NCBI RefSeq assembly: GCF_009914755.1
Contig: NC_060931.1
Strand: one strand, 5' to 3'
DNA length: 64,000 bases
DNA from: the human T2T-CHM13v2.0 reference genome, Homo sapiens
The notes beneath the pieces are model-generated. The model saw only the letters and a list, made by a program, of their open reading frames with translations. It made no database searches and was not told the DNA's origin. Shown in pieces: positions 1 to 18,414 of this stretch. Positions within the stretch are counted from its first letter, which is position 1. The number at the start of each line of letters is the position of its first letter. A program made the position numbers and the translations under genes.

Positions 1-429
1 TTAAGACATGAATTTGATCTAATCAGCCTTAGATATTTTGGGAGAATATAGCCTTCAAAAATGTTTTTAAGGCATCATGTAATTCTTAAGTATTTTCAAC
101 GCATGCACGTGTGCATGCACATAAACGCACAGAACACTCACTGAAAATATTCTTTCATATATATGTAAAAATATACCAAGTGTGTTGGTTTATCATTTTC
201 TACGTACAGCTTACTGGCACAAAAGTCCAAAAAGAAGCCCTTGCAAACATGATTTAATTTTATTGACACACCTTGCATCAATTTTCTAATTCAAATTCTA
301 CATGCAATGGTTAGGATTCATTCTAAACTGCTTAAGTACTGTAGAATAAATTTGATAGAAGGTCCTTCCCCCTACCACACACACGATAATTTAAAGGTTC
401 TAGGATGGGTAAATGGCTCTGCTACATAA

Positions 430-730
430 CTAGTTATCTCTGCCTTCAATGTGTAACTTCTGTCTCTAGGCCCAAGACCGCAGCTGCAATTCATTTTCAG
501 CTGGCAGTGAGGGGAAAAGGCTTTAGTGCAGGGCAAGCAGCTATGAGTTGTCCCAGAATTTGCATACATCGCTTATGATCACTTGCTATTGGCCTGAATT
601 TAGTCACGTGGCCATTCCCAGTTTAAAGGGAAGCTGAGAAATAGTCTCTGCCATGAGCCCAGCTAAAATACAGGGATTCTAGTACAAAAGGAAGGAGAAA
701 ATGGATACTAGGGGGTTAGCAATCTCTACC
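430..730 (-). mobile_element. Old MaLR LTR fragment (MLT1-like)
   Basis: attggcctgaatttagtcacgtggcc...aagggaagctgagaaatagtc resembles MLT1 LTRs as recalled. Confidence 0.5.
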
Positions 731-914
731 AAATCAGTGGCATCTGATGTGTGAAAGTTTACTAGTTTTTCCACAGTTAACTCAATCTTTGTTTCAATGA
801 AGTATAAAGAGGAATGTCTTGTTGAACAAGGAACCTCTTCCTGTTCCTTTCAGAGGAGAGAGGCAGTAGGCATTAGATAGAATCAAGAATATGGGGACAA
901 AGAAAGAATATAAG

Positions 915-1015
915 AACTATGTGGGTTTATAATCCAAGCTTTGATATTTACTGGCTCTGTGACTTTGAGTAAACTGCTTTTCGTGTGCTTCAGTTTCCTC
1001 ATTAGGATGATAGGA
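915..1015 (+). mobile_element. MIR fragment
   Basis: ctgtgactttgagtaaa...cttcagtttcctcatt is a MIR core. Confidence 0.6.
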
Positions 1016-1499
1016 AAGAAAGTAGTTGGAATAGGGTTTGGGTTATAGGATTCACTCAGTTAATACTTATTTTATCTACTGAGGGTAATTATTAATAATT
1101 CCTTTTAGCTAATATTTTTAATGAAATATTCTGAAACTGTTATTAGTATCGTTCTACTATGAGAAGTACTTTTCAAAGAGCAGTCGTGGCCCTGTTGAGT
1201 TGATTTCACCTCTCATCTTCTGAAACTTTTCCAACTTCATTTCTTCTTACTCCTCCCCTGTGATTCTTTTCATTCCCAACACCTAGCTGCTTCCTGCCTT
1301 GGCTCATTCTGTTTCTTCCTTTCAATCCCTTCCAGACAGTTCATACTCACAACTTTTTCACACTTTCATCTCAAATTATTCCCCAAGCAACTCTTATCTA
1401 CTCCCACTGCTGGAGCACCTCAGGCTTCCCTACATTGGAGATGCCCATTTAACCATCCTCTCTTGTACTAGTTTATATGGCATTCTGGTCTCTCTGGCT

Positions 1500-2900
1500 G
1501 ACACTGTTACCTGCCTCCCAAATATCCACTGCTCTCTTTTGCTTGCTATTAGAAACCCAATTTTATTCAAGGCAGTGATATGTTCACCAAGTAAAATGTT
1601 TACTATCCTAGCCTACCATGCAGCTAGAGATAACTGTGCAACAGTTCTGGCAAATGAGATGTACTGGTGTCTGTTTAGGGATTTGGGATATTTTTACCTA
1701 TAAAAAAGGGAGACATTGTTAAAAAAATTATCCTGACACTAGTTAAAACAGTAAGACAGGCTTTATTCAGGAGTATTGTAATGGGTGCCAACACAATCAC
1801 AATAGGGGAGCTTTGTCAAGCTCAACTCTGAATACAGTAAAGACACCTGGGGACTTACAGCCAATGAGAAGGATGAACGGTTATTGGATGGAAAATAAAT
1901 AACTCAGAGAAGATCTCAAGGGTAGGGGGATTCTTGCTAAACTGACCTGACAGCATTGTTGCTGAAGACAGGCCAGGGTGATCAGATATCAAGGATGGGT
2001 GATGAGGACTTTTTGATCAGACTGAGATATCAGGGGACCTAGTTGAAATAAAGCAAGGACCTAGTTGAAAAAAGGGCTCGGAATTCCTACCTAGAGCAAT
2101 CAGACAAGAGAAATGAATAAAGGGCATCCAAATTGGAAAGAAGTCAAATTATCCTTGTTTACAGATGGTATCTTATATGTGGAAAAAGACTCCACCAAAA
2201 AACTATTAGAACTGATAAATTCAGTAAAGTTGCAGGATAAAAAATCAACATGCAAATATCAGTAGCATTTCCATATGCCAACAGGGAACAACCTGAAAAA
2301 GAAATCAAGAAATTTATCTCATTTACAATTACTGCAAATAAAATACCCAGTAATTAAAGAAGTGAAAGATCTCTACAATGAAAACTATAAAATATTAGTG
2401 AAAGAAACTGAAGAGGACATAAAGAAATGGAAAGATATTCCATGTTCATGAATTGGAAGAATCAAGGTTGTTAAAATGTCCATACTTCCCAAAGCAATCT
2501 ACAGACTTAATACAATCCCTATCAAAATACCAATGACATTCTACACAGAAAGAGAAAAAGGAATCCTAAAATTTATATGGAGCCACTAAAGACCCAGAAT
2601 AGCCAAAGCTATCCTAAGCAAAAAGAAGAGGGCTCAGAGAGACTTTGTAAACATAGCTGTTTTGCTCTTCCTTCTACCATTCCCCATTCACCCCCACCTT
2701 TCTTATAATCTGGACCTGTGATATCTGAAACTGCAGCAGTAATTTTGTGCCCATGAAGAAATACACAGGAGGAAAAAAGCACCCTCGTTAAGGACGGTGT
2801 AATGAAAATAAAGAGCTGGAGTTCCTATTGGCATCATTAGTCAGTAAACAAATGCCAGCAGCCACCTGACTCTTCATTTGTCTTGTCTTTGCATTTCCAG
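1500..2900. mobile_element. MLT1-like LTR split by an ERV1-type LTR (MER31/MER67-like, ~1717-2080), itself followed by an L1 ORF2 fragment
   Basis: MLT1-like halves at ~1500-1715 and ~2655-2900; tgttaaaaaaaattatcctgacact...ctttattcagg LTR-like start. Confidence 0.45.
2085..2627 (+). mobile_element. L1 ORF2 fragment (degenerate)
   Basis: agagcaatcagacaagagaaa...aaagttgcaggataaaaaatcaac...aatagccaaagctatcctaagcaaaaagaa is the L1 ORF2 region, with frameshifts. Confidence 0.9.
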
Positions 2901-5029
2901 CTGATAAATCTACCATTTCCACATATTTCCTGTGTCCCTCCCACCTCAGGTGAAATTTCTGTCCTATTTGGTTCCAGAGTTAATATTGGAAGCAGAAAAT
3001 ACTTTAAATTTATTCCTGCTTTAGATCCCACCCCTGACTCTAGCATTGACTTACTCTAGCAATTGGCCTGACCTGGCATGGGGTTACCCAGCACTCTACA
3101 TGAGGCTCCAGAATTGCATCCTCAATGTACCTGCTTCATCTTTCATCTGAGATGTGATATTCTGGGGAGAATTATGGGCTTCTCAGTTGCTCTCTGAAAA
3201 GATCACTTCCACCTCTTACCTATTTTATGTGAATAAGCTTCTGAGTCTTTGTTTTAAGCCCAAGTCTTCCATGTGAGTGTCAGTTTATAGAACTGGACTT
3301 TTTACGCTCCCCATCCTGACTCCTGCTGGACATTGGCTGTCTCTGACCCTGGTCTAAAGGCTGGCACTCTTTTCCCCTTGAGAATGCCTAAGAGACACCA
3401 GTGTTAGCCTTCTGAGCATCCATGCTCTTTGGTTTCCCTGCAGACCTGTGGTGACCCCCTGCTTTCTCATCCTGAACCCAAAGCATGGATAAACCATGCA
3501 TAAGCCATGACTGGAGATGTCCATAAGATTTGGGCTTTGTGTGTGTGTTTAAAATCTAGACTATGCTCAGCTGTTAGCTCTTACAGCTGCTCAGTTACCC
3601 CAGCAGAAGGTCTGACCTGGTAGGTGATTCTAGTGTCATAGCAGTCCCATTGTCTTGTCTCATTACAAGAAAATGGTCACATCTTAGCTATAAATCCTTT
3701 GAAACTTTGATAATTCTAGTTACTTGGGATTTGTGGTTTGTCCTTTTAATAATACCATTGAGACTCCGAGGGTTAGTTAATTCTCTTTTTAAATTTTTAA
3801 AAAGTGAACTCTGAGAGGGTATTTATGAACATGTAATAGTCTAATAATTGTTGAATGAATGGATAATGAGTCACTAAGTCCAGGGAAACCTATAGGTCAG
3901 AATAACAACAGTGCTTTCTTTTCATATTTCTGTCTTCTGAACAGCTTCAGGGAGTGTGGCCTGCTTGTAATTGGTAATGAAAATAGGAGACTTTAATTCC
4001 TTCCAGTGCTGTCTTGTTTGATTAGCACCACAATTTGTGTCCAGTAGTTACACGGAAAAAAACAGTTATCTTGGCATTTAAGCTAGTAATTCCAAATGTG
4101 ACACAAATGACCTGGATACTGCTTGTAGTGGAAAATACGAAAGAGGCTTAATGTAAAATCCAACCTTCGAGGCCTTTTGTGGCCACTTCTGCTACTCAGC
4201 ATCCACTCATGCCTGACCGGCACCATTCCCTGGTTTTAATCCACCTATCTGGTTCACCAGCTGTTGCTTGGCTCATTACATTTGACAAGGTTCCCAAGAT
4301 GGTGATACTAGCCTCCCTGGTACTTTTTTTTTTTTTTTAACTAGGGAGAAGAAAGAAATATTTTCATCTTCTCATTGCAGTTTTTAATGAAACGTCTTTT
4401 TTTTTCTTGTTATATGTGGAGTGATGACTAGTCAGTGAAAAAGTACTGGAGTGTGAAGAAAAAGCAGCAGAAAAAAATGGTAGAAAGAAATGGCAAGTTA
4501 CTATTTAGAGACTTAAAAATAAACAGAAGGGCCCACTTAGCTTTCCTCATCCGCTGGTCCTATCTCAGAGGTTGTGCCTCCATGGGCTCGAGTCAATCAC
4601 AGTTTATCTGATTCATTTTCAGTTCTTTGGAGACAGCAATGTTTGAAAATTCGGTTCCTTTCTATTGCAGAAAAGCTTTTGAGCCACGCCAAACAAGGGT
4701 CCTGTGATGAAATCCACAAAGGCCTTAAACTGAAACCTCCCAAATGAAGGCTAAGGTCTGAAGAAGACTACTTCACACTGTGGGCCAGTGAGTGAGCCAG
4801 GGGACCTTACTTCACCTTTTTATTTTTTTTTCTGTAGATTCTGACTCTAAGAAACAATTGAGTGTTTTGACCAACAACAAAAAAATCAAAAGTCTCTAAG
4901 GACATAAGCAATAGAATATTTTAGTGTAGAAAATTGCAAGCAATAAAACAGGTAAAATAATAAATACATGTATTCCAAAGAAAAATACATCAAAGGCCAT
5001 TACAGCAAGTTACATTACAATAAACATCA

Positions 5030-6400
5030 TAGTCATGTGCTGCCCTGTGTTCTGATTTCTAACTTTCACCTCCCCTCAACATCAGCCACTCATTTCCATG
5101 GCACTGTCTGGACTACTGATCACCCAGAACTACTCCAAAATGACAATACATAACATTCCACTCCTGGCCCATCACTTCCTCCTTCCAGCTCTCACTCCTT
5201 CCATATCCCTTTATCCTTCCACATCTGGCCTTATCCAAACCTCCAGTCACATTCCTCCAAGTCTATCAGAGCCCCAAAGTTTTGAACCAAGATGAAGGCA
5301 ACCTTCATCTGCCTTCCTGGAAGCTAGACTTTGGCCACTGAATGCTGCTGGAGAAAGTTGCAAAATCACACCAAATGGTGCTATCACAGATTCATGATCT
5401 CCAATCTCAGCTGGCCTTCCACATGGCCCAGGAATTCTTATATATGTTTAGACATCATTAGCTCCAACAAGGGTGGCCCACCCTTCACAACTCTCCTTAG
5501 GCCCACTTTACCAGTTCACTTACTCTCAGCAAATAATTCTTCTCCTGCTACATGGATAAAATAGGGTCACCAGGAATGAACTTTTTAAACTCTCACCATA
5601 TCTCTAAAAAATGTTGATCTGTATTCAACGCCAAGAGCTCCAGAGAAAGAGGCATCCCTCTTCCTGTTCAAGACCAATCTCTTTCCTGTCCCCTGAATCC
5701 CATTCACATCCTCAGGAACATCTTCATCTACCCTACAGGCTATTTCTCTCCCTGACACATCCTATTATTTCTACTGCAGATCTCTTATTTGTCCTCTCTG
5801 CTTCTCTGCCTTTAGTAAGATCCTCCTTACTGCAGACCTGTAGGAGCCTCTCGCTGGTCTTCCCGCCTCCTCCATTCTTTGCTTCTCCCAATCCACCCTC
5901 GTAACCTATGAGTAATCTTGCATAGCAATACTAAAATATAAGCCTGAGCAGTCTTTCTTCCATTCTTAAAATCCTTTAGAGGCTCCTTATCACCATTAGG
6001 AAAAAAGTTCAAACTCCCTGGCATATCATGCCCCTCATAACTGGGTCTTTCCCTAACCTCTCCAGCTCTATCTCTTCGCTGTTTGCCACCTGATGCTTCT
6101 GCAATCAAAACCCTCTTTCTCTCCCCCACATACTACTATCTTCCAGGTCTCTGCTTATGCAGGTAATCTCTTCCTGAGATGTCTTTTCCCTGTCTTGTCA
6201 TTCCTGATTGGTCAAAATCTTTCATAAAAGGCTACCACCTCTGTGCTGCCTTCTCTACCCCCACTTCACCTTATAACACTCTACTCTAGGTTAAATGCCT
6301 TGGCATTACAGTAGCATCCTTCTCATGATTCTTTTCTATTCTGTATCATGCCTGTATCATTTATTCATCTATTAAGCTGTTTATTTCTTTATGCAAATTA
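5030..6400. mobile_element. L2 LINE remnants
   Basis: Pyrimidine-rich degenerate sequence with L2 3'-like motifs (cttaaaatccttt...aagttcaaactccctggcat). Confidence 0.55.
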
Positions 6401-6404
6401 ACTA

Positions 6405-6720
<316 letters not shown>

Positions 6721-8894
6721 CCCCAAAAAACCCCTATAATTTTCTACCTAGATTTAACAACACTAAATTTTGGCCTATATTCTAATATACATATAATTCT
6801 TTGATAGTGGGTTTATAAATACTATTTTATGGCATAAAATTTTCAGATAGTATTATAAATATCTTTTCATGACACAAATCACATACACATCATAATTTTT
6901 AATAGCTGCTGAGCAGCATTACATTGTATGGATATTTTATTAAAGCCATTCTCCATTGTTAGTAACTTAGAATATTACAAAGTTTCATTATTATAATCTA
7001 CATTGCAATGATTATGCATAAATATTTGTATGCATATTTGATAAGGATATTTTCTTAGAATCAACTCTTAGAGGTGGAATTTCTGGGTCAAGGAGAATTT
7101 TAGATGGTGTTGGGAGATATTTTGCCTAATAGAAGAATCACTATATTTAGATGCTGGTCTGTTTCTCTTCCTTCCCATTAGTCTGGAGCCACCTGCAAGG
7201 TGGAAACGTTGTGTTAGTTGCTATGTCCCTGGGACCACACTTTAAGTATCACTGCCTCATGTCAGAGTCAAGCATGTCAGAGATTCATGCCATCTGGCTG
7301 ACTGCTGTTCTCTAAGAATAGGGAAACATAAAATAGGACTTCAGGATCACCAGCGCCAAACTTTGTTCTACTATTGTCGAGAAAATAAATCAGCCCAACA
7401 GCATGATAAAGCAGTGTTTGAACCTATGTGTTGAATGGGTACATATTATGTGAAGTCAACCTTTATGGGTTGTGTCACTCATTTGGTGATTAATAAATTT
7501 TTGATCACCTAGAGACATATCTTGTGATATTAATATACATATATCACTAGATAATATACATGTCTCCATTTTTCACAATTAAGAGGAATTTCCTGGAAAA
7601 TGGCAAGCATTATACTTCCATGAATGCCTATAAGTGTGTGCTCTTGGCAAGCCCTAAATAATGCCTTAGTCACCCAGATAAGTCTAGTCTTCATCATAAA
7701 ACTACTAGAAGGAGGGACAGGGGCTCATTCTGCTAATGTTTTCATCCTCTGATAAAGGGCCAGCTAAGAGAATCAGCTGCCTGCCATGGGGAGCCCTCAG
7801 CACACTTGTAAAACAGAGTTGAAGGTGACTTCCCTCTGCTCAGCATCACTCACAGGTGGCAGGATGGTCTTGGCTGTGGCAGCCAGTAGGCATTGTAACA
7901 TGGAAGGTCAAAGGCCATTTCAGCACCTCAAGAAAATGCACATTTGCTATTGCCACCCAGGAGTTCTTTTCAGCACTATATCACTAATATTTTGTACATC
8001 TGGTTTGAGGAAGTTTTCTGAATGACACACAGCTTCCCAACAACTTTAAAGGATGATGGAATTTTCTTTAAAAGCTAGTAACAGGAATATGGGGAAAAGG
8101 AAATTAGTGTCTGGAGACACTACCCACACATCAGGGTTGTTCAAAGACTTTTGACTTGAGTTCTGCAGCAATCAAGCACTCAAGGCTCACAGTTCAAGAT
8201 GAACCCCAGGCTCTTAGCCTAAAACGTCTGCAATCACAGCTGAGCATGATGAGATGGAGAAGAATTAAAACAGGTTCAAACTTACTAAATGATGTAAAAT
8301 CACTACCAGAAAATTATATCCCATGAAATACTTGAGGCCAAGGTGATAACTAATCAGCTCATTTCTGTAAAATGTTTTGACTCTTGCAGAGAAAAATATT
8401 AAAAATAGTTTCTGCAAATGTTCCATCTCACTTTAAGAGTAACGGATGCCCCAGGCCCTAGGTCTTCTCCCACACCACTCTCTACTGGGAGAGTTGGGAT
8501 TCTACTTCTACTCTCCTTCCCCTGCTTCCCAGGCTGAGATTTCAGGAAGTAGTATAGTGAAAAAAAAAAAAAAATGAGACAGTTGTAGGTCGTTAACTTT
8601 TAATTGTGCAAGTAAAGATATTGGGAAAAAATCCTCTCATGTACTATCACTATAGTTCAAAAGCAGAGGATGTTGTAATGTCCTAGAAAGGTAGACTGAA
8701 GAGAAGTTCTTCTCAACTTGGGGCAATTGGGAATTTAAGACAACATATATATCCCTATCATGTTGCTCTTTTTTTTTTCTTATTTTACAAAAAATGTGTG
8801 AAAACTTCATAATGGGGCAACACTGGCATTTGGGAAACACTCCTTTAGTGTGTAACAGCATGTTTTCCATGTTTCCCAAACACATCCCTTAAAG

Positions 8895-9527
<633 letters not shown>

Positions 9528-10324
9528 CCTCAAAGCACTGCATTTCTGTTTCCAGTCTGTTCTCGGGCACATTCTCCTCCTGATCTCCTCCCCAGGCACC
9601 TAGCTTCCCCTGCTTACTCTCATCCTTTTCTTCCTCCTGCTATTCTTTTCCTCTGACCCCACGGAGCTCTGACTCCATTATGGGCCAACATCTGCCTTCT
9701 TACCTCTTACTTGCATTTCTCTCCAGTCCGCTCCTTTAAATTATATCCCAGATATCCTGATTATACCTCTTTCTTAGGGGGTTTCACCATTGCTGAGTGT
9801 GAGAGAAGGGAAGTAGCAGGATCAGCCCACCCAGTTCACATCCACAAACACCTGAGGAGATTGGCAAGGTCTACCCAGCCCTGGGGTTCTGCTGGAGCTC
9901 ACCTAATCCACTCCTGAGGCTGTTCCTGCTTATTTTTGCCCAGGATTTTCCGGTTTCTAGGGAGTGCTTTCACTTGGTGGTTCCTAGGCCTACCTGTCTC
10001 TCCGTTTCCACTACGATGTTTTTTGGGGAAGGTAAATTGTAAAACTGATAGTTATTTGGCTGAAAATCTGGAAAATTCAAAATAAATGATCACCCATAAT
10101 TTCACACTTAATTATTATCAGCTTGGTGTATTTTTTTAAGCATGCAATTTTAAAAATGTAGCCATAATCATAGCATACATATACTTCAAATCTTCCTTTT
10201 TTCATTTCATATATTAGTTTTTCCTCCTTGTTAACAGTCTTCAAAAACATTCTTAAAAATAGTGTTATATACCATTCCATTGATTGACTGTATCATATTT
10301 TATGGAACCATCTTTATATCACAT

Positions 10325-13605
<3,281 letters not shown>

Positions 13606-13848
13606 ACATTTCTATGACTTGAATTTTTTGCCTATTGTTTATCCAAATACTCATGTTCCATTTTGAAATATTTTCTTAGCATAGGTTTACAGTAATGGAG
13701 TTATATGGCTCAAAGGACATAACTATTTTTTAGACTCTTGATCCATATTGCCACATTTTGTTCTGAAAAAGCTATCCTAATTTAGTGCCACCAGCTGTAT
13801 CAATTAGTACGACTTTCACAATACTCTTTCTACAATTGGGTGCTGTCA

Positions 13849-14201
<353 letters not shown>

Positions 14202-15238
14202 CTAATGTTACACATTTAGCTAATTTAATAATAATTTAATATGCTATAACAAATGTTATTTCACTATAGTTTTTTCCCTGATTAGTAGAATGGTTATTTT
14301 TCCATTATTTGTTTCTGGTTCATCTTTTATAAATTATCTATTAAAATATTTTCTCCCTTTTGCAATACTATGTATCTTAATAGCATATTTTTAAATCAAT
14401 TTGGGTGAGTTCTTTATAGAATGAAGACATTAACATTGTTATATTTACTCCAATTGTTTTTTTTTTTTTTTGGTCCTGTTCTTTTATTTTGGTTATCTTT
14501 GACTTAGAGAAGTTTTGAAATTTAATACAGCTAATTCTGTCTACTTTTTATAAATGCTTAAGTTTAAAAAGTTGCCTAACCAAAAGAAATAGAAAGGAAA
14601 GAAAGGAGAAAATTTTCCTATTGTCTGAGGTTGGTAAATGTTACATTGGTTCTTGTCTTCAGGCCTAGCCATTGTGTTAGCTAGATGAATATGCTCAAAG
14701 GTCACAGCCAGCTCTCCTCAAGGAGGAAGCCGTATGAGACAGGATCAATGCATGAGTAGAGAGCTCAACTCTGAAGAGAAGAGCACCTCTTTCTCTGGGT
14801 TTAGATGAACAAGGATTTGGATAAATTGTGTATTGAGGCAGAAGGCTGAGGTAGTGCCATCTAGAGAGTGAGGGGAGGGAGAATGGGTGTGATAGGACAT
14901 CCTTGCCGAATTTCTTTATTATAGACCCAAGCTCTCTTAACACTCACCATGCAATTACTAGTGTTTTCCCCCCTTGGAAATAAACTGGGACTGTTAACTG
15001 TTGTTCTAGACTAAGACATATCAAGACTTTCCCGGGCTTTTATCAAAATGAGAAAATTTACATAATTGACACAAAAGGGACTTGTAAACTGTTAATAATA
15101 CCTGTAAAATTCCTTTTAGAATTCTATATAAAAATTGTTTCTATTGGCTCCTTACTGCTGCTACTAAAGAAGAAGAGCTTGACTGTTCAACCCTTCACAA
15201 ACTTATAGGATTAAAAGTAGCTGGTCTCATTGCTAATC

Positions 15239-15352
15239 ACTTCTGCACTAGTAGTGCAGAAGTACAAGTAAAAGAGCAGATCTGGATCTGGACCTCCTTG
15301 AAAACCACATCCGGAGTTTGCAACCAGGTCCAGATCCAGATTTGCTCTTTTA
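15239..15352. repeat. Two adjacent inverted repeats (12-bp perfect palindrome; 27-bp arms with 1 mismatch)
   Basis: acttctgcacta-g-tagtgcagaagt (15239-15263); taaaagagcagatctggatctggacct (15269-15295) / aggtccagatccagatttgctctttta (15326-15352). Confidence 0.95.
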
Positions 15353-16901
15353 TATAAAGAAAAAAATAAGCAAGAGAAGTGAAACCAGCGTAGTGGCATC
15401 CAAATATTGTATAATTCTTTTTCAATCTCTTAAAATGCATCATCATCATACTTGCATATAGTTCTATAAAGCCTCTGCATAAAATAGGAGCCCCTTGCAA
15501 CATCCCAGGTCACCAGCCATTTTTACTCCTCAGAGACAACTATTTTCAATTTTTAAAATTATTTCTTAATGTTTACCTTATATCTCTAAATAAAAAAGTA
15601 TCTTTTATGATACTTTTTGATTGTCATTAAGTTTTATGCATTATCTACTAATATCCCTTTATGGAACATGAGAATTTATTTTATTCTCCACATACATGAA
15701 TTCCTTTACTCTCATCCTTCCAGTATAATTATATGATAATTTGGGGCTAGATCAATTATGTTTTACATTTCCGTAACTATGTAGATATGATAAATGGCTG
15801 ACTCATATAGTATAGTATAGTTACATTTACTTTCTTGTATAAAAGGTTTCAGTTCTTTCTGGAGTTATTAGCTTTTTCCACTTGCACAGCTTTCTAGGTA
15901 CCTAACTCACCCATCCCTTAACTCTGTTACAAAAGTGTATGTCTCCCTTTAGTAAGGTTCAAACACAATGAGCACTTCATCGCCTTCATCTTCTTGGATG
16001 GAGACTGTTCATTCTGTGAGCAGACTGGGCTGTTTAGTGTGGTTGTTCAGATCATCATCCTCACTTCTAGGCTTTTGGCTCCTTAATTGATTGTGAATGA
16101 CAGAGGTAAACTCTAGATAAGTGATACATGGGTTCAGAATGTTGGGGATTTTCTAGTATTCTATAGAAATAGGATCTAAAATGTCTTAGCAATCTCTTCT
16201 CTGGGATGAAGTGTTTTAGTAGGTGCCATCCTAAATTTAAAGCCTGTTACTTTTCTTTTCATCTCCCCTTTTCATTTCCTTTATCAGGATATCAATATCC
16301 TTAGCACAAGATTCTATAAATAAAATACTTCATTCACTTATTAACCTTTTCTCAAACTTTAGGTAAGGTAGCAGTATTCCCCCCCCCACCCCACCAACAT
16401 ATTAAATAAGTAAACACACATTGATATCCAATCTTGAAAAAATTGCCATAAAAATATATTACTGGTGGCACTAAAACTGAAATAAGACTCTCTGAACCCC
16501 CCTCACTTAAAATCCTTGCCTGGCTGTTTCTATTCATCCTAAACAATTATACTGTGATTTGCACCCAATCCTACTCAAAGCCTGCTCATTAAAAGATCCA
16601 CCTTAAACAAAACTCCAGAATTTCAACAAAATCTGATCTTGCCCTTTGCCATAAGACACTACCAAAGCTCTGTTGAGGTGGGTTTCTCTCCTTTATGGTA
16701 GGGAACAATGAACTCAGCCCTGTATCGTCAATAGATTGTGTTGATGATTGTGTTTTTGAGGAACTAGCAGTTAACAATTTAGAAAAACTATGTAATATAT
16801 ATGTGTAGAAAAAGGCAAAAGGAATATGTAAAAAGTAGTATTAATAGTTATGTCAGGGGATTGGTATTTTGTTATATTTCAAACCTATTTTTATGGTATT
16901 C

Positions 16902-17175
16902 TTTTTTTTTTTTTTTTTTTTTTTGAGATGGAATCTCGCTCTGTCGCCAGGCTGGAGTGCAGTGGCACGATCTCAGCTTACTCAACCTCCGTCTCCCAGG
17001 TTCAAGCAATTCTCCTGCTTCAGCCTCCTGAGTAGCTAGGACTCAGGCGTGTGCACCATGCCCACCTAATTTTTGTATTTTTAGTAGAGATGGGGTTTCA
17101 CCATGTTGGCCAGGATGGTCTCGATCTCTTGACCTTGTGATCTGCCCACCTCAGCCTCCCAAAGTGTGGGGATTA
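16902..17175 (-). mobile_element. Alu, 5'-truncated
   Basis: Poly(T) plus antisense body; TSD atggtattctt. Confidence 0.95.
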
Positions 17176-17450
17176 ATATGGTATTCTTACATAATGAGGG
17201 TTGGGCTTAATAAGTAAGAATTCATTTCAGTACAAACCACCTTTCAATGTGTACAGATAAAACAGAGGCAAAGCTATGCAACTTGTTATTCTCTTTGTTG
17301 TGTTTTGTAGAACAATTAGTAACAATCCAGGGAGAAACCTACTTATGTAGGAAACTGAGCTCTTCTTATTGTAATTGTGCTTGTAGAATCCAAATACTGA
17401 TGGGTTCAGTTGTAATATAAATAACCCAAAAATATTCTGAAGTCACTTAG

Positions 17451-17791
<341 letters not shown>

Positions 17792-18414
17792 TGACAATGG
17801 CCTTTAAATGGATTTTTGTATTCTACGAGGCTGAAGCTGTAGACAGTGGTTTTCTTGGCACTGAGTTACATAAATGTCTTCAACCTTATACAATATTGAC
17901 ACATTTCACCAAGTTAAAAGCCAGGCTTTATTAATAGAAATCTTGTAGTCAGTGGGTTTTTCAGTGTATGTCACATGTATATTTTCTATCATTTTATGAA
18001 AACCAGGGAGAAGAGTTGGCATGCAGATAGATTTTTACCACAGCTGTCAAAACCAGCATTTAACCATGCCCTTATATGCTTGGAAGTTATCTGTTTTATG
18101 TCAAGTTTTCTGATGCAAACACATTTTGATGGTTTGACTTGTTAAGTTGGCTCTGGTTAGGCCAATGAATGGTCAGCCAACCAGGTAAATGTTACCCTTT
18201 CTATGGGATATTAACCCATACTGTTTGTTACCTTTCTGGTGATTGTTCCCTATGGCATAAGTGAGCCGTAGTGAGTGTGAAATGCATCTACGTGGCAGGA
18301 CAACACAAACAGGATCTATCTAAAAAGAAGTCTGGAAATCTCACTATAATAAGATCAAGAGCCGCTTCTATTACAAGTAAAGACATGCTGATGATAGGAG
18401 TAAAGACAGAAATA

